A DNA stretch of 64,000 bases, taken from NCBI GenBank assembly GCA_044892525.1, contig CM097885.1:238268001-238332000 (forward strand). The letters are read 5' to 3'. Positions within the stretch are counted from its first letter, which is position 1; every line of letters starts with the position of its first letter. The DNA is from Schmidtea polychroa. Lineage: Eukaryota. The notes under the pieces were generated by a model that was not told where the DNA came from, did no database searches, and was given only the letters and a program-made list of their open reading frames with translations. Below are positions 43,247-52,217 of this stretch, piece by piece. Position numbers and translations under genes: made by a program.

Positions 43247-44053
43247 ATGGATATTTGGAAACCAATTTTAAATAGACATAAGAGTAAATTTAATAATAAA
43301 GTATTTCCTGATAATTTTAGATTATTAATTGTTGGTTCTTCTGGATGTGGAAAGAATGTACTTGTTTTGAGAATGTTACTTGAAGATGATTTTTTAGATT
43401 ATAATAATTTAATCTTTTATTCTACAACCATAAATCAACCAGAATTACAACTTTTGAAATGTGGATTTGAAAATAAATTAACTAAAAAAGCAATAATTGA
43501 TATTTTTAAAAATCAACATAGGTGTCCTAAAGAAGTTTTTCAACCTTGTGATATGGTTGATTGGTATAAGGAAAAGATTTTAGAATCAGATATTAGTAAT
43601 AAAAATGATTATATTTGTGAAGAAGGGCAGGAGGCAATTCAAGTTTTATTCTCTAATAAACCTGAAGATGTTTTACATTGTGATTTACTTCCTAAAGATA
43701 AAAAGAATCTAGTTATATTTGATGATGTTGTTAATATGAAAAATCAAGAGATTCAAAAGAGTTACTTTACACGAGGTCGACATAATAATTGTAATGTTAT
43801 TTATATATCTCAAACATATTATGCTTTAGATAAAAATTCAATAAGAAATAATTCCAATTGTTTTATATTTTTTAAATTAGATCGCCGTGATAAGAATATG
43901 ATTTATAATGATTTATTTTCAAATGTTGAACCTGATAAGAATATGTTTGATATGTTTGTTGATAATCATTGGAAAGAAAAATATAATTATATTTATTTGG
44001 ATAGAGAAGAAGGTGAAATATGGAAAAGTTTGTTTTCGGGCTTGTCGACTTAA
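43247..44053 (+). CDS. FtsK/HerA-superfamily (A32-like) packaging ATPase
   Basis: Walker A GSSGCGKN, Walker B LVIFDD, RGRHNN, YISQ, IRNN. First ATG at 43247. Confidence 0.93.
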   Translation: MDIWKPILNRHKSKFNNKVFPDNFRLLIVGSSGCGKNVLVLRMLLEDDFLDYNNLIFYSTTINQPELQLLKCGFENKLTKKAIIDIFKNQHRCPKEVFQPCDMVDWYKEKILESDISNKNDYICEEGQEAIQVLFSNKPEDVLHCDLLPKDKKNLVIFDDVVNMKNQEIQKSYFTRGRHNNCNVIYISQTYYALDKNSIRNNSNCFIFFKLDRRDKNMIYNDLFSNVEPDKNMFDMFVDNHWKEKYNYIYLDREEGEIWKSLFSGLST

Positions 44054-45459
44054 ATATCTGTTTTCTGTAGTTCATTATTATAAAATCTACCTAATATTTT
44101 TTCATTATTTAAATCAAAGATGCTATATGTTATTGGAGTTGTATAATGTATTTTATTTATAATAAAAATTTCATTTGTCCATTTTGCTGTGAATCCTTTT
44201 TCAAATTTATTTTTATATTTAAATATTCTTACTCGGTCACCAATTTTAAACTTTGGTTTTTCAATAACATCATTTTCAATATTTACCACTTTAATGGTTT
44301 CAGGCTTCATGGAAGCATTTAAAGGTGTTAATTTTATAGAACTATGTACATCATTATTATATTCATTTACAATCTTTTGTAACAATTCATTGTTCCATTT
44401 TTGTTTTCCAATAGCAGTAAAATATTTCCACATTTTATTTTTTAATGTTCTATTTAATCTTTCAACTACGACTGCTTTTCCTTCGTTTTCTGTTGAATAT
44501 AATTTAATATCATTTTCATTTAAAAACTTTGTAAAAACTTTGTTATAAAATTCTGTTCCTTTATCACACCATAAATATTTTGGGATTCTTTGATTTTCTT
44601 CAAATATATTTTCAAATGCTTCTGTAATAGAATATCCTGTTTTATTTTCTAAACATCTTGCAAAAGCAAATCTTGTATATAAATCTATTACAGTTAAAAT
44701 TATTTTATATTTTTCAGGGTCTGATGATTTGGGCATAAAGACTAAATCTGCAGACCATGTTTGATCTTTTTCATGTACTTGAACTTTTAAATATTTTTTA
44801 TTTTTTCTAAATTCATGGTGTAATTCCTTTGCATATTTTATTTCTGATTCTGTTGGGGTTTGTAAACTAGTCTTGGCTGTACTCTCGAGGGATCTTTCAG
44901 CATCTGCTTGTTCAATAATCTTTTTATTAGCAACATCTTTTGCTTTCCTAGGAAGTCTTGCACCCATGGTGATCGGACTGTGTCCTAAGCCTATGAAAAT
45001 CTTACCTTTCATTGCTAATTTAACTAGAGCTCTTTGAATCTTTTCTTGGGTTGATAGATTTTGGATACTATTTAAATCATGTATTAAATTCACATCTGCA
45101 ACATGTCTATCTCTAAGATTTGTTGAATTGTATGCAATGTCATGTTTTAAAGCTGCTTGATCAATTCTATTTATTGGTTCTTCTCCTTGTTTGGGATTAT
45201 TATTTTCATCTAATCTAATATCTAGACGTGTTCCTGGTCCAGTATAGTTGTGTTTAAATAAATGTCTTTCACCTGGATATTTTTCTGTAGTAAAAGGTTT
45301 TAATATTGAAGATGTTGTTTTTGAAGATTGCAAATCGCCTCCAGCTCGTGGAATTAGATCACCTCCTGTATGTTTTTTAGTTTTTAAATGACTTGCTTTA
45401 TGATGTCTTGTAACTTGACAATTACAAGTTTCACATCTCCAATATTTATTTAGAGACAT
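44050..45459 (-). CDS. Zinc finger - parvovirus-type phospholipase A2 - retroviral-like integrase fusion
   Basis: CETC..H..H; HNYTGPGT, IDQAALKHDIAY, HVAD (PLA2); WSADL, VIDLYTRF, WCDKGTEF, VVERLNRTLK (DDE); KFKIGDRVRI..KWTNEIF tail. Confidence 0.95.
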   Translation of the reverse strand: MSLNKYWRCETCNCQVTRHHKASHLKTKKHTGGDLIPRAGGDLQSSKTTSSILKPFTTEKYPGERHLFKHNYTGPGTRLDIRLDENNNPKQGEEPINRIDQAALKHDIAYNSTNLRDRHVADVNLIHDLNSIQNLSTQEKIQRALVKLAMKGKIFIGLGHSPITMGARLPRKAKDVANKKIIEQADAERSLESTAKTSLQTPTESEIKYAKELHHEFRKNKKYLKVQVHEKDQTWSADLVFMPKSSDPEKYKIILTVIDLYTRFAFARCLENKTGYSITEAFENIFEENQRIPKYLWCDKGTEFYNKVFTKFLNENDIKLYSTENEGKAVVVERLNRTLKNKMWKYFTAIGKQKWNNELLQKIVNEYNNDVHSSIKLTPLNASMKPETIKVVNIENDVIEKPKFKIGDRVRIFKYKNKFEKGFTAKWTNEIFIINKIHYTTPITYSIFDLNNEKILGRFYNNELQKTDI

Positions 45460-45488
45460 TTTAAAATGTTAAAATATCAGGGATTATA

Positions 45489-46781
45489 TCAAGAATCTCC
45501 CCTAACATTTTCGATTATTGAAATCTTTCCACCATATAATTTCATTTCTATTTTCTTTTCTTCTAATATTAATGTATATACTTTAGCTTTAAAATTAGAA
45601 TCCTTTGTTACATGAAGTGTAACATCAACATTATTTATGGCTAGGCGATCATCTTGGTCTGAAACATTTATACAAAATATAGAATATAAATTTTTGAAAT
45701 CTTCTAAACTTAATTGCGGTTCAACTTTGAAATCATAACATGTTTCAATATAATTTAGATATGGGAATATGTTTTCATTATTTTCAATATTAAATTCCAT
45801 TCTATTTATTGGATAATAAGAACTATTTAATTGAATTTGGATTGTTTTTAAATTATCAACTCCAATCTTTTGAATAAACAAGTTGTTATTTTTTTGGAAA
45901 GATGAATCTACTTCTTTGAATCCAATCAAGATATATCTTGGTCGGTATGCTAAATTTGCTACCTTTATAGAATATGTTGAACCCTCTGTCATACTAAATT
46001 CACTACAGATTCTATTTAAATAATTTACATTTATAGACTTGTTGGAATTTAATCTTTCAAGGAGTTTAATCTCAGAATGTGGGTTTAATGTCCATTCAGG
46101 TATATGTAATTCAAGTGTTGATAATTTTAATTTAGCTTTTGTATCTACAGCTCCATAGAACAATCTTTTATCACCTTCTACTCTATTACAGATGAATTCT
46201 ATAAAAACATTATGAAGTATACGATTATAGTTTTGAAGGAATCCAAACAAGTGTTTTAATTCAAAATAACCTTCAAATTTTTTAGATTTATAAAGTTCAA
46301 CTCTTTTATAATAACCATGGTTTACATCTAAACCATCTTTATCTAAATCCCCTTTATTAACATCAGGAATCCAACCTGTTAATTCACCATATTCGTTTTT
46401 ATAATCACAACCAGTCAAAATAAAATTTAACATTGTAGAATATACTCCCGGATGCAAAACAGTTTCAATTTCTGATGATCCTAGTTTTAATCTCATGTTG
46501 GAGAATAAATTTGGAAAGAAATTATTTTCTAGGGTTATATCTTTGTTTGCTTCAATTTCTAATTCGATTTTATAATATAATTTGGCATTACAAATATCTA
46601 TAGGGTTTGATGTTTGAAGAGATTGAAAAACTATATCACCCCTACGATTTAAGTTTGCAATAGATCCTGAAGTTGGGGAGATTTTAAGTACATCGTTTTT
46701 CTTGATTTCATGAGTAAATTCTTTATTATAATCAAGATTTAATTTATTTTTTTCTTGAATTTTAAGATTTATATTATTCAT
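45489..46781 (-). CDS. Major capsid protein (double jelly-roll, PY)
   Basis: 430 aa; LENNFFPNLF, ELKHLFGFLQNYNRIL, PRYILIGF, IQLNSSYYP, YSIFCINVS resemble Polinton MCP motifs; position and size fit. Confidence 0.87.
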   Translation of the reverse strand: MNNINLKIQEKNKLNLDYNKEFTHEIKKNDVLKISPTSGSIANLNRRGDIVFQSLQTSNPIDICNAKLYYKIELEIEANKDITLENNFFPNLFSNMRLKLGSSEIETVLHPGVYSTMLNFILTGCDYKNEYGELTGWIPDVNKGDLDKDGLDVNHGYYKRVELYKSKKFEGYFELKHLFGFLQNYNRILHNVFIEFICNRVEGDKRLFYGAVDTKAKLKLSTLELHIPEWTLNPHSEIKLLERLNSNKSINVNYLNRICSEFSMTEGSTYSIKVANLAYRPRYILIGFKEVDSSFQKNNNLFIQKIGVDNLKTIQIQLNSSYYPINRMEFNIENNENIFPYLNYIETCYDFKVEPQLSLEDFKNLYSIFCINVSDQDDRLAINNVDVTLHVTKDSNFKAKVYTLILEEKKIEMKLYGGKISIIENVRGDS

Positions 46782-46836
46782 TTTTATATATTAAAATTTA
46801 CACACACACAATAGGATTAATTAAATATATTATGTA

Positions 46837-46911
46837 AGCCATTATGGCGGAGTGGGAATAGGCTTCAATTTTATCACCGGGAGTACCGGGTTCAATTTTC
46901 GATTTTGGTCA
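46837..46911 (+). ncRNA. tRNA-like Pol III unit (Asp/Glu-like, degenerate)
   Basis: A box TGGCGGAGTGG (46845), B box GGTTCAATT (46889), T7 at 46913. Confidence 0.6.
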
Positions 46912-47080
46912 ATTTTTTTCGATATTTTTTTTCAATGGAATCTGATTCAGCGTACTGATTTTAGTATATATTTAAATTTTCAGATGGATCTGAGTGGTAG
47001 TTGTCGAGAAAATGAATAATTAATTATTAATTTCATCAATAAATAGTCACACATTAACAACTTATTTTATATTGAGTATA

Positions 47081-47153
47081 GCTCTAATTGCTTAGTGGTA
47101 ATAGCACTCGACTGCATTGCCAATACCAATGGGTTCAAATCCCATTTCGGTCA
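47081..47153 (+). ncRNA. tRNA-like Pol III unit (Cys-like, CT-GCA loop)
   Basis: D-arm TGCT-TAGTGGTAAT-AGCA, T-arm AATGGG-TTCAAAT-CCCATT, T8 at 47154. Anticodon and acceptor stems pair poorly. Confidence 0.72.
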
Positions 47154-47317
47154 TTTTTTTTCAAATTTCTTTTAACGAAATATTGATCAGCATACTCGAT
47201 TTAGTACTTGTACAAATTTTTAAGGTGATTGGTCAACGGCAACTCTTGGAAATTTAAGATCAAAAACGTTTTAACTACCAAAAATTAATATATCCAATAA
47301 AAAAAATATTTATAAAA

Positions 47318-47587
47318 ATGGATGAGTTAAAAGAAAGAATGAGAAATGAATTGAATGAAGTTAAACATAAGAGAATGAAAAGAAGAGAAGAAGAACCATT
47401 AGAATACATCAAAGAGTTGATGGTAGATAATGAAAAGTATCGACATTTTTATATGAAGGCTGTAGATGTTGCTGATATAAGATTGAAGAAAATGAAACAA
47501 TTACAGGAAAGAGTTAAAGAACTTGAATCGATTATTTATAGTCTAAAAAATAACAAAAATCCAATCCTAGATAGTGCAGTGGGCTAG
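47318..47587 (+). CDS. Small coiled-coil protein of the inner Polinton
   Basis: 89 aa, charged and helical, AAAATG start context. Shares an upstream TATCCAATAAAAAA motif with pPolB. The 3' end runs into the TIR. Confidence 0.65.
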   Translation: MDELKERMRNELNEVKHKRMKRREEEPLEYIKELMVDNEKYRHFYMKAVDVADIRLKKMKQLQERVKELESIIYSLKNNKNPILDSAVG

Positions 47588-47637
47588 ACCGGCACCGTGG
47601 TTCAAATGGATAGCGGTTCAAATCCTAACTGTGGTTA
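47563..47637 (+). ncRNA. tRNA-like Pol III unit (His-like, GTG), right TIR
   Basis: A box TAGTGCAGTGG (47572), B box GGTTCAAATCC (47615), T8 at 47639. Confidence 0.7.
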
Positions 47638-47800
47638 GTTTTTTTTCAACATAAAATAATATTAAAAATTTGAAAATAATAGTGTGGGTATCTTATATTT
47701 ATAAAGTACTTGTATATTTTATTTTATTTATTTTATTTTATTTTATTTTTTTATTAATTAATTATTTTTTAAACATAAATATGAAAAAAAAATTATTGAA

Positions 47801-48080
47801 ACGGGTGATGGTGGCGAACCGGCAATTATCGCCACCTGTCTTTCGAACACCCCCGGATCGATCCCGGTAATGTGCACATTTATTTCTCAGTTGTTTTCGG
47901 ACCTCTTTCGGATTCGCTTTCGAATTCATTTGTACTTTCGAGCAGCACGCTTAAAACGCCGTTGAAATCGACTTCGTGAGCGAGAAGCGAATAATAAGGT
48001 GTGCTGCTATTATCGGATTGATTCTGATGTATGAGTCTGGCCAGCTTGTATATTGGAAGAGATTCGATAAACGAAAGAGG
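47801..48080 (+). ncRNA. Candidate structured Pol III RNA in the TIR
   Basis: GC-rich island. A-box-like TGGCGAACCGG; B-box-like GGATCGATCCC within a CCGG/CCGG stem; stems GGTGGCGA/TCGCCACC, GGGTG/CACCC and AGCAGCAC/GTGCTGCT. Confidence 0.55.
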
Positions 48081-48524
48081 TTAAAATAAAAAAAAAATGA
48101 TCCGGATAAAAAAAACTGTTGAGAGGATAGTGAAAAAAAAAAAATACCACTGTCCTCTCAGAGCAGTTTTACTATTTTCATAAAATTTTTTATTCTTCAA
48201 GACATCAAGATTAAGATTTCATTAATTTTTTTTAATTAGCCAATTAGCAACTTGCTAGTTGGCATCCTCAAGTAGCCTTCTAACTTTTTCATAATACCAT
48301 TTTCTTTTCTATTCTCTTTATGTTTTTAGTTTGAAGCTTTTGAGTTTGAGGCTTTAAAGATTAAAACAGTTAGAGTCATTAAGGGTGGTTGTTTTCAAAA
48401 TATAGGGTTAAAATACTATAAAAGTATAAGTTTTAGGTTGTTTTTATAATAGCTTAAGTGATTTGGAGGCATGTTTTGTTGGGAGGGCTGTTTTGGTTGG
48501 GTATATAACCACACTACTAACAAG

Positions 48525-49325
48525 CAACCAACCAGGTACCAGTTACCAACTACTAAGTACCTACAACCAACTAGTTACCTGATACCAAGTACTTACAACT
48601 AAATACTAACAACCAGTTACCTGATACCTAGTACTTACAACTAGTTACTAACAACCAAAAACAAGCAACCAACTAGGTACCAAGTACTAACAACCAAAAA
48701 CAACTAGCTAACAACTAGATACCAAGTATCTACCTATTAACTAGCTACCAATTACTTACAACTAGCTACGACCTACCAAGTACTAACAACTAACAACAAC
48801 CAGGTACTAGATACCAAGTACTAACAACCTACAACAACTAGGTACTAAGCATTATCAACCAAATACCTAAAACCACCTAACAAGTACATACAACCAACAT
48901 CAACCAGGTACCTACAACTAGATACTAACAAACAGTTACCAAGTACCTACAACCACCTACCCATTAACTAGCTACAACCAGCTAACAACTAGCTACCAAG
49001 TACTAACAACCAACAACCAGCTAACAACTAACTACCAGATACCTACTACTTACAACCAACAACTAAGTACTAACAACCAGCTAACAACTAGATACCAGGT
49101 ACTAAGCATTATCAACCAAGTACCTACAACTAGATACTAACAACTAGATACCAAGTACCTACAACCACCTACCAAGTACCTACAACCAACTACTAAGTAC
49201 TAACAACTAGATACCAAGTACTTACAACCAACATCAACCAGGTACTAAGCATTATCAACCAAGTACTAACAACCAATTACAAGATACCTAGTACTGTCAA
49301 CTAGATACCAAACACTTACAACCAG
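48525..49325. repeat. CAAC/TAC-rich low-complexity zone of the outer element (continues 33027-33173; mirror ~56280-57245)
   Basis: Shuffled ACCAAGTACTAACAACC / CAACTAGATACC units, strongly strand-biased. Confidence 0.9.
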
Positions 49326-50194
49326 ATGACCACATGAAATTATTGGTTAAATATGAAAATAAGGGTTATAATTAGTTGGTTAGTAAATTATGGTATAAAA
49401 TTAAGTAATATAGCATAAATAGGTAAATTAAGGATAAGTAAATTAAAGTTAAAAATTAAATTAAAGTTAATTAAGGTCCAAATTTTAAAAATAAGTAATC
49501 AATGTTCTAAAAAATTAAATTAAAGTTAAATAAGTAAATTAAAGTAATAATTTTTAAAGAATTTAATTAAAGTAATAATTTTTAAATAAGTAATGTAATA
49601 AGTAAATTAAAGTAAGATTTTTAAATTTATTATCAAAAGATTGAATAACCACCAACTTTTTTGAGAAATGTAATTTTTAATGAAAATTTAAATGGAAATT
49701 TTAATGGAATAATAATAATAATAATAATAAAAATAATAATAATAATAATTCAACAGTTACAAACAATCGGTTACTAAATATTTTTAACTAGGTGCTAACA
49801 AATACTTACAACATGATACCACGTACTAACTCTCCAACAACCATATACTTACAACGAACTACTAAATATTCTTCATTGTATTTTATGAAATGCTTTTTAA
49901 ATTAATTTTTTATACATCTTCTATAATAATTTTAATTACAATCAGTAGAAAAATTTTTTCAAATTTAACAAAAAATGTTGATTTTCATCAAAAAAAAACA
50001 CAACTCATCACCACATGGAATTCAAAATAATTTAAATTACAATGAAAGACTAATGAATTCTAATTTACAAAACATTCTTCTTTTAATTGATTACTTATTA
50101 TTGCAAAGTAAAAATCACATTCAATAAATACTTATTGTTGATCAGTTTTATTATATATACTCTGAGTTTATCCGACAGGATGTTTTGACCCCCT

Positions 50195-50295
50195 AAGGGT
50201 ACAGGTCGCAAGGGTACTGGTCGTAAGGGTACTGGTCGTAAGGGTATTAGTTGTAAGGGTACTGGTCGTAAAGGTACTAGTCGTAGGGGTATTGA
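50195..50295. repeat. 15-bp tandem repeat AAGGGTACTGGTCGT (~6 copies; mirror at ~55248-55302)
   Basis: Directly visible, downstream of TATATACTCTGAGTTTATCCGACA. Confidence 0.9.
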
Positions 50296-50964
50296 TCACT
50301 CTCAATCCCCACCTACTCATTAATTAGCTACCATGTACTAACCACTAGGTTTCAAACAACTAAATACTAAACACTTACAACCATGTACTAACAACCACCA
50401 TCAAAACCCATCGAGAAATTAACAAATATCAACCTACAACTTGATACTTACAACCAGATACCTGCTACCAAGTACTTACAACAAGATACCAAGTACCAAC
50501 AATCAACTAACCACACATAAAAATAATAGCAATTAAATACAAAATATTGTTCATCACATACACTATTTTCTTATCAAAATCTAAAAAGTCAACCAACTAC
50601 TTACAACCAACAACTATGTACTAACAAATTGATCTTTAAAAGCAAATACTCTTCACTTGGCAAATTGGATGAAAAATTAATTGAACTCAAGGCATCAATA
50701 ACTAGGTAAAATTTGATTAAATTATTGTAAAAATTTAAATTATTCAAAATAAATATCATAAAAATTTAATTAATGGACAGGAAAAAATTCTAATCATTAA
50801 TCATCCAGTAAATAAAAAAAAATACTGATCATTCAAGTTGAATCAACTAAGATAATAAATTAATAAAAGTTTTGAAATAAGATCTAGTAGATAATTGATT
50901 TAGATTGAATAAATTAATTTAAATAAAATAAAATTTAATTATTTTTGTAAAAGTAATACAAATA

Positions 50965-52217
50965 GAGAATCGGGGGGATATAAGTGAGGAGGATATATAA
51001 TTTAAACTAGTTTATTGCATAACATGCCGCAACTAATTTATTACATAACAAGCTGTGAATGGTTTTTGAATAAGAAATATGGAATAGGTCTTATTTTTTT
51101 TAAATTTTTGACTAAAATAAATTCTAAAATAATAACTAATTAATACTAAAATGTTTTAATTTACATTTTGTATTTCAAAAACAATTATCATAAAAGAAAA
51201 TAATATATATTAACCTTTTCATTCAAAATAAGTTGAATATTCAAATATAAGTCTTAGAAAATACAATCAAAATTAAATTTTAAAAATATAAATTTTATAA
51301 GTTTTTCAAATTCTCGAATAATGTAAATAATAATTTAATTTTTACCGGGTATAGACTTAAACTTATTGACGGAATTATGTAATAGAAATAAAAAGTTACT
51401 TAGGTTATTTTTTTTTTCAAAATTATGACTAAGTCCTTTAATATTGTAATAATAGCTATTTATTAATAAATTTATTATTTTACGTTAAATATTTCAAAAA
51501 CAATTATCATATTATTAATTATATTACCCTTTTTAATCAAAATAAGATAACTATTCAAATAGATGATTTTTATAAATTACAATAAAAATTAAATACTTTT
51601 ACACTAAATTTAAAAATATAAATTTTATAAGTAAATGTAAATAAGAAATTAGTGTATTATCAGTTATAGACTTTTTAAACTTATTGATTAGATATTAAAA
51701 GTTACTTTTTTTTCAAAAGGTCTTTTAATATTGTATTCTATTTATTATTAAATTTACTATTTAACACTAAAATATTTAGAAAACAATCATCATAATATTA
51801 AATATGAAACTTCAATCAAAATAAGCTAATACTCGAATATATATCTTATAAAATACAATCAAAATTAAATACTTCACAAATTTTAAGTAAAGTTTTTTAA
51901 ATTCTCAAATAAATGTTAACAAGATATTAATTTATTAATTATTATAGATTTTTTAAGCTTATTATTGAAATTAAACAATAGAATGATATTCAAAATATAT
52001 ACAATTTTAAAATATAATTAAAATTAAATTACATACTTTAAAAATTTAGTAAAATGTTAGTAAAATACCATTCACAGCTTGTTATGTAATAAAATAGTCG
52101 CAGCTTGTTATGTAATAAAATAGTCGCGGGTTGTTATGTAATAAACTAGTCGCGGCTTGTTACGTAATAAAATAGTTTAAATTACATATCCTTCTCATTT
52201 ATATTCCACCGATTCTC
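50965..52217. repeat. Internal inverted repeat enclosing ~3 diverged ~300-bp tandem units
   Basis: 50965-51063 mirrors 52067-52217 (TTATTACATAACAAGCTGTGAATGGT). Inner units are marked by AAAACAAT(T/C)ATCATA at ~51178, 51497 and 51780. Confidence 0.75.

Larger units (their letters stand above)
33174..48518. mobile_element. Inner autonomous Polinton/Maverick (15345 bp)
   Basis: Ends AGTAGTGTGGTTATATACCC / GGGTATATAACCACACTACT; 6-bp TSD AACAAG (33168-33173 and 48519-48524). All hallmark genes are present as uninterrupted ORFs. Confidence 0.97.
47544..48518 (-). repeat. Right TIR of the inner Polinton
   Basis: Reverse complement of 33174-34147. Confidence 0.96.

Noticed and set aside
34897..44548. 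Short antisense or overlapping ORFs within Polinton genes
   Set aside because: Shadow ORFs of long AT-rich coding sequences with no independent signals.
47563..47637. Calling the tRNA-like units functional tRNAs
   Set aside because: Anticodon and acceptor stems pair poorly; only promoter boxes, some arms and terminators are convincing.
47670..47870. 66-aa ORF duplicated in both TIRs (also 33821-34021) and ORF 33492-33740
   Set aside because: TTG starts and low-complexity translation; the duplication is explained by the TIR.
48020..48080. Hammerhead ribozyme (CTGATG...CGAAA)
   Set aside because: The core reads CTGATGT rather than CUGANGA, and the required stems were not found.
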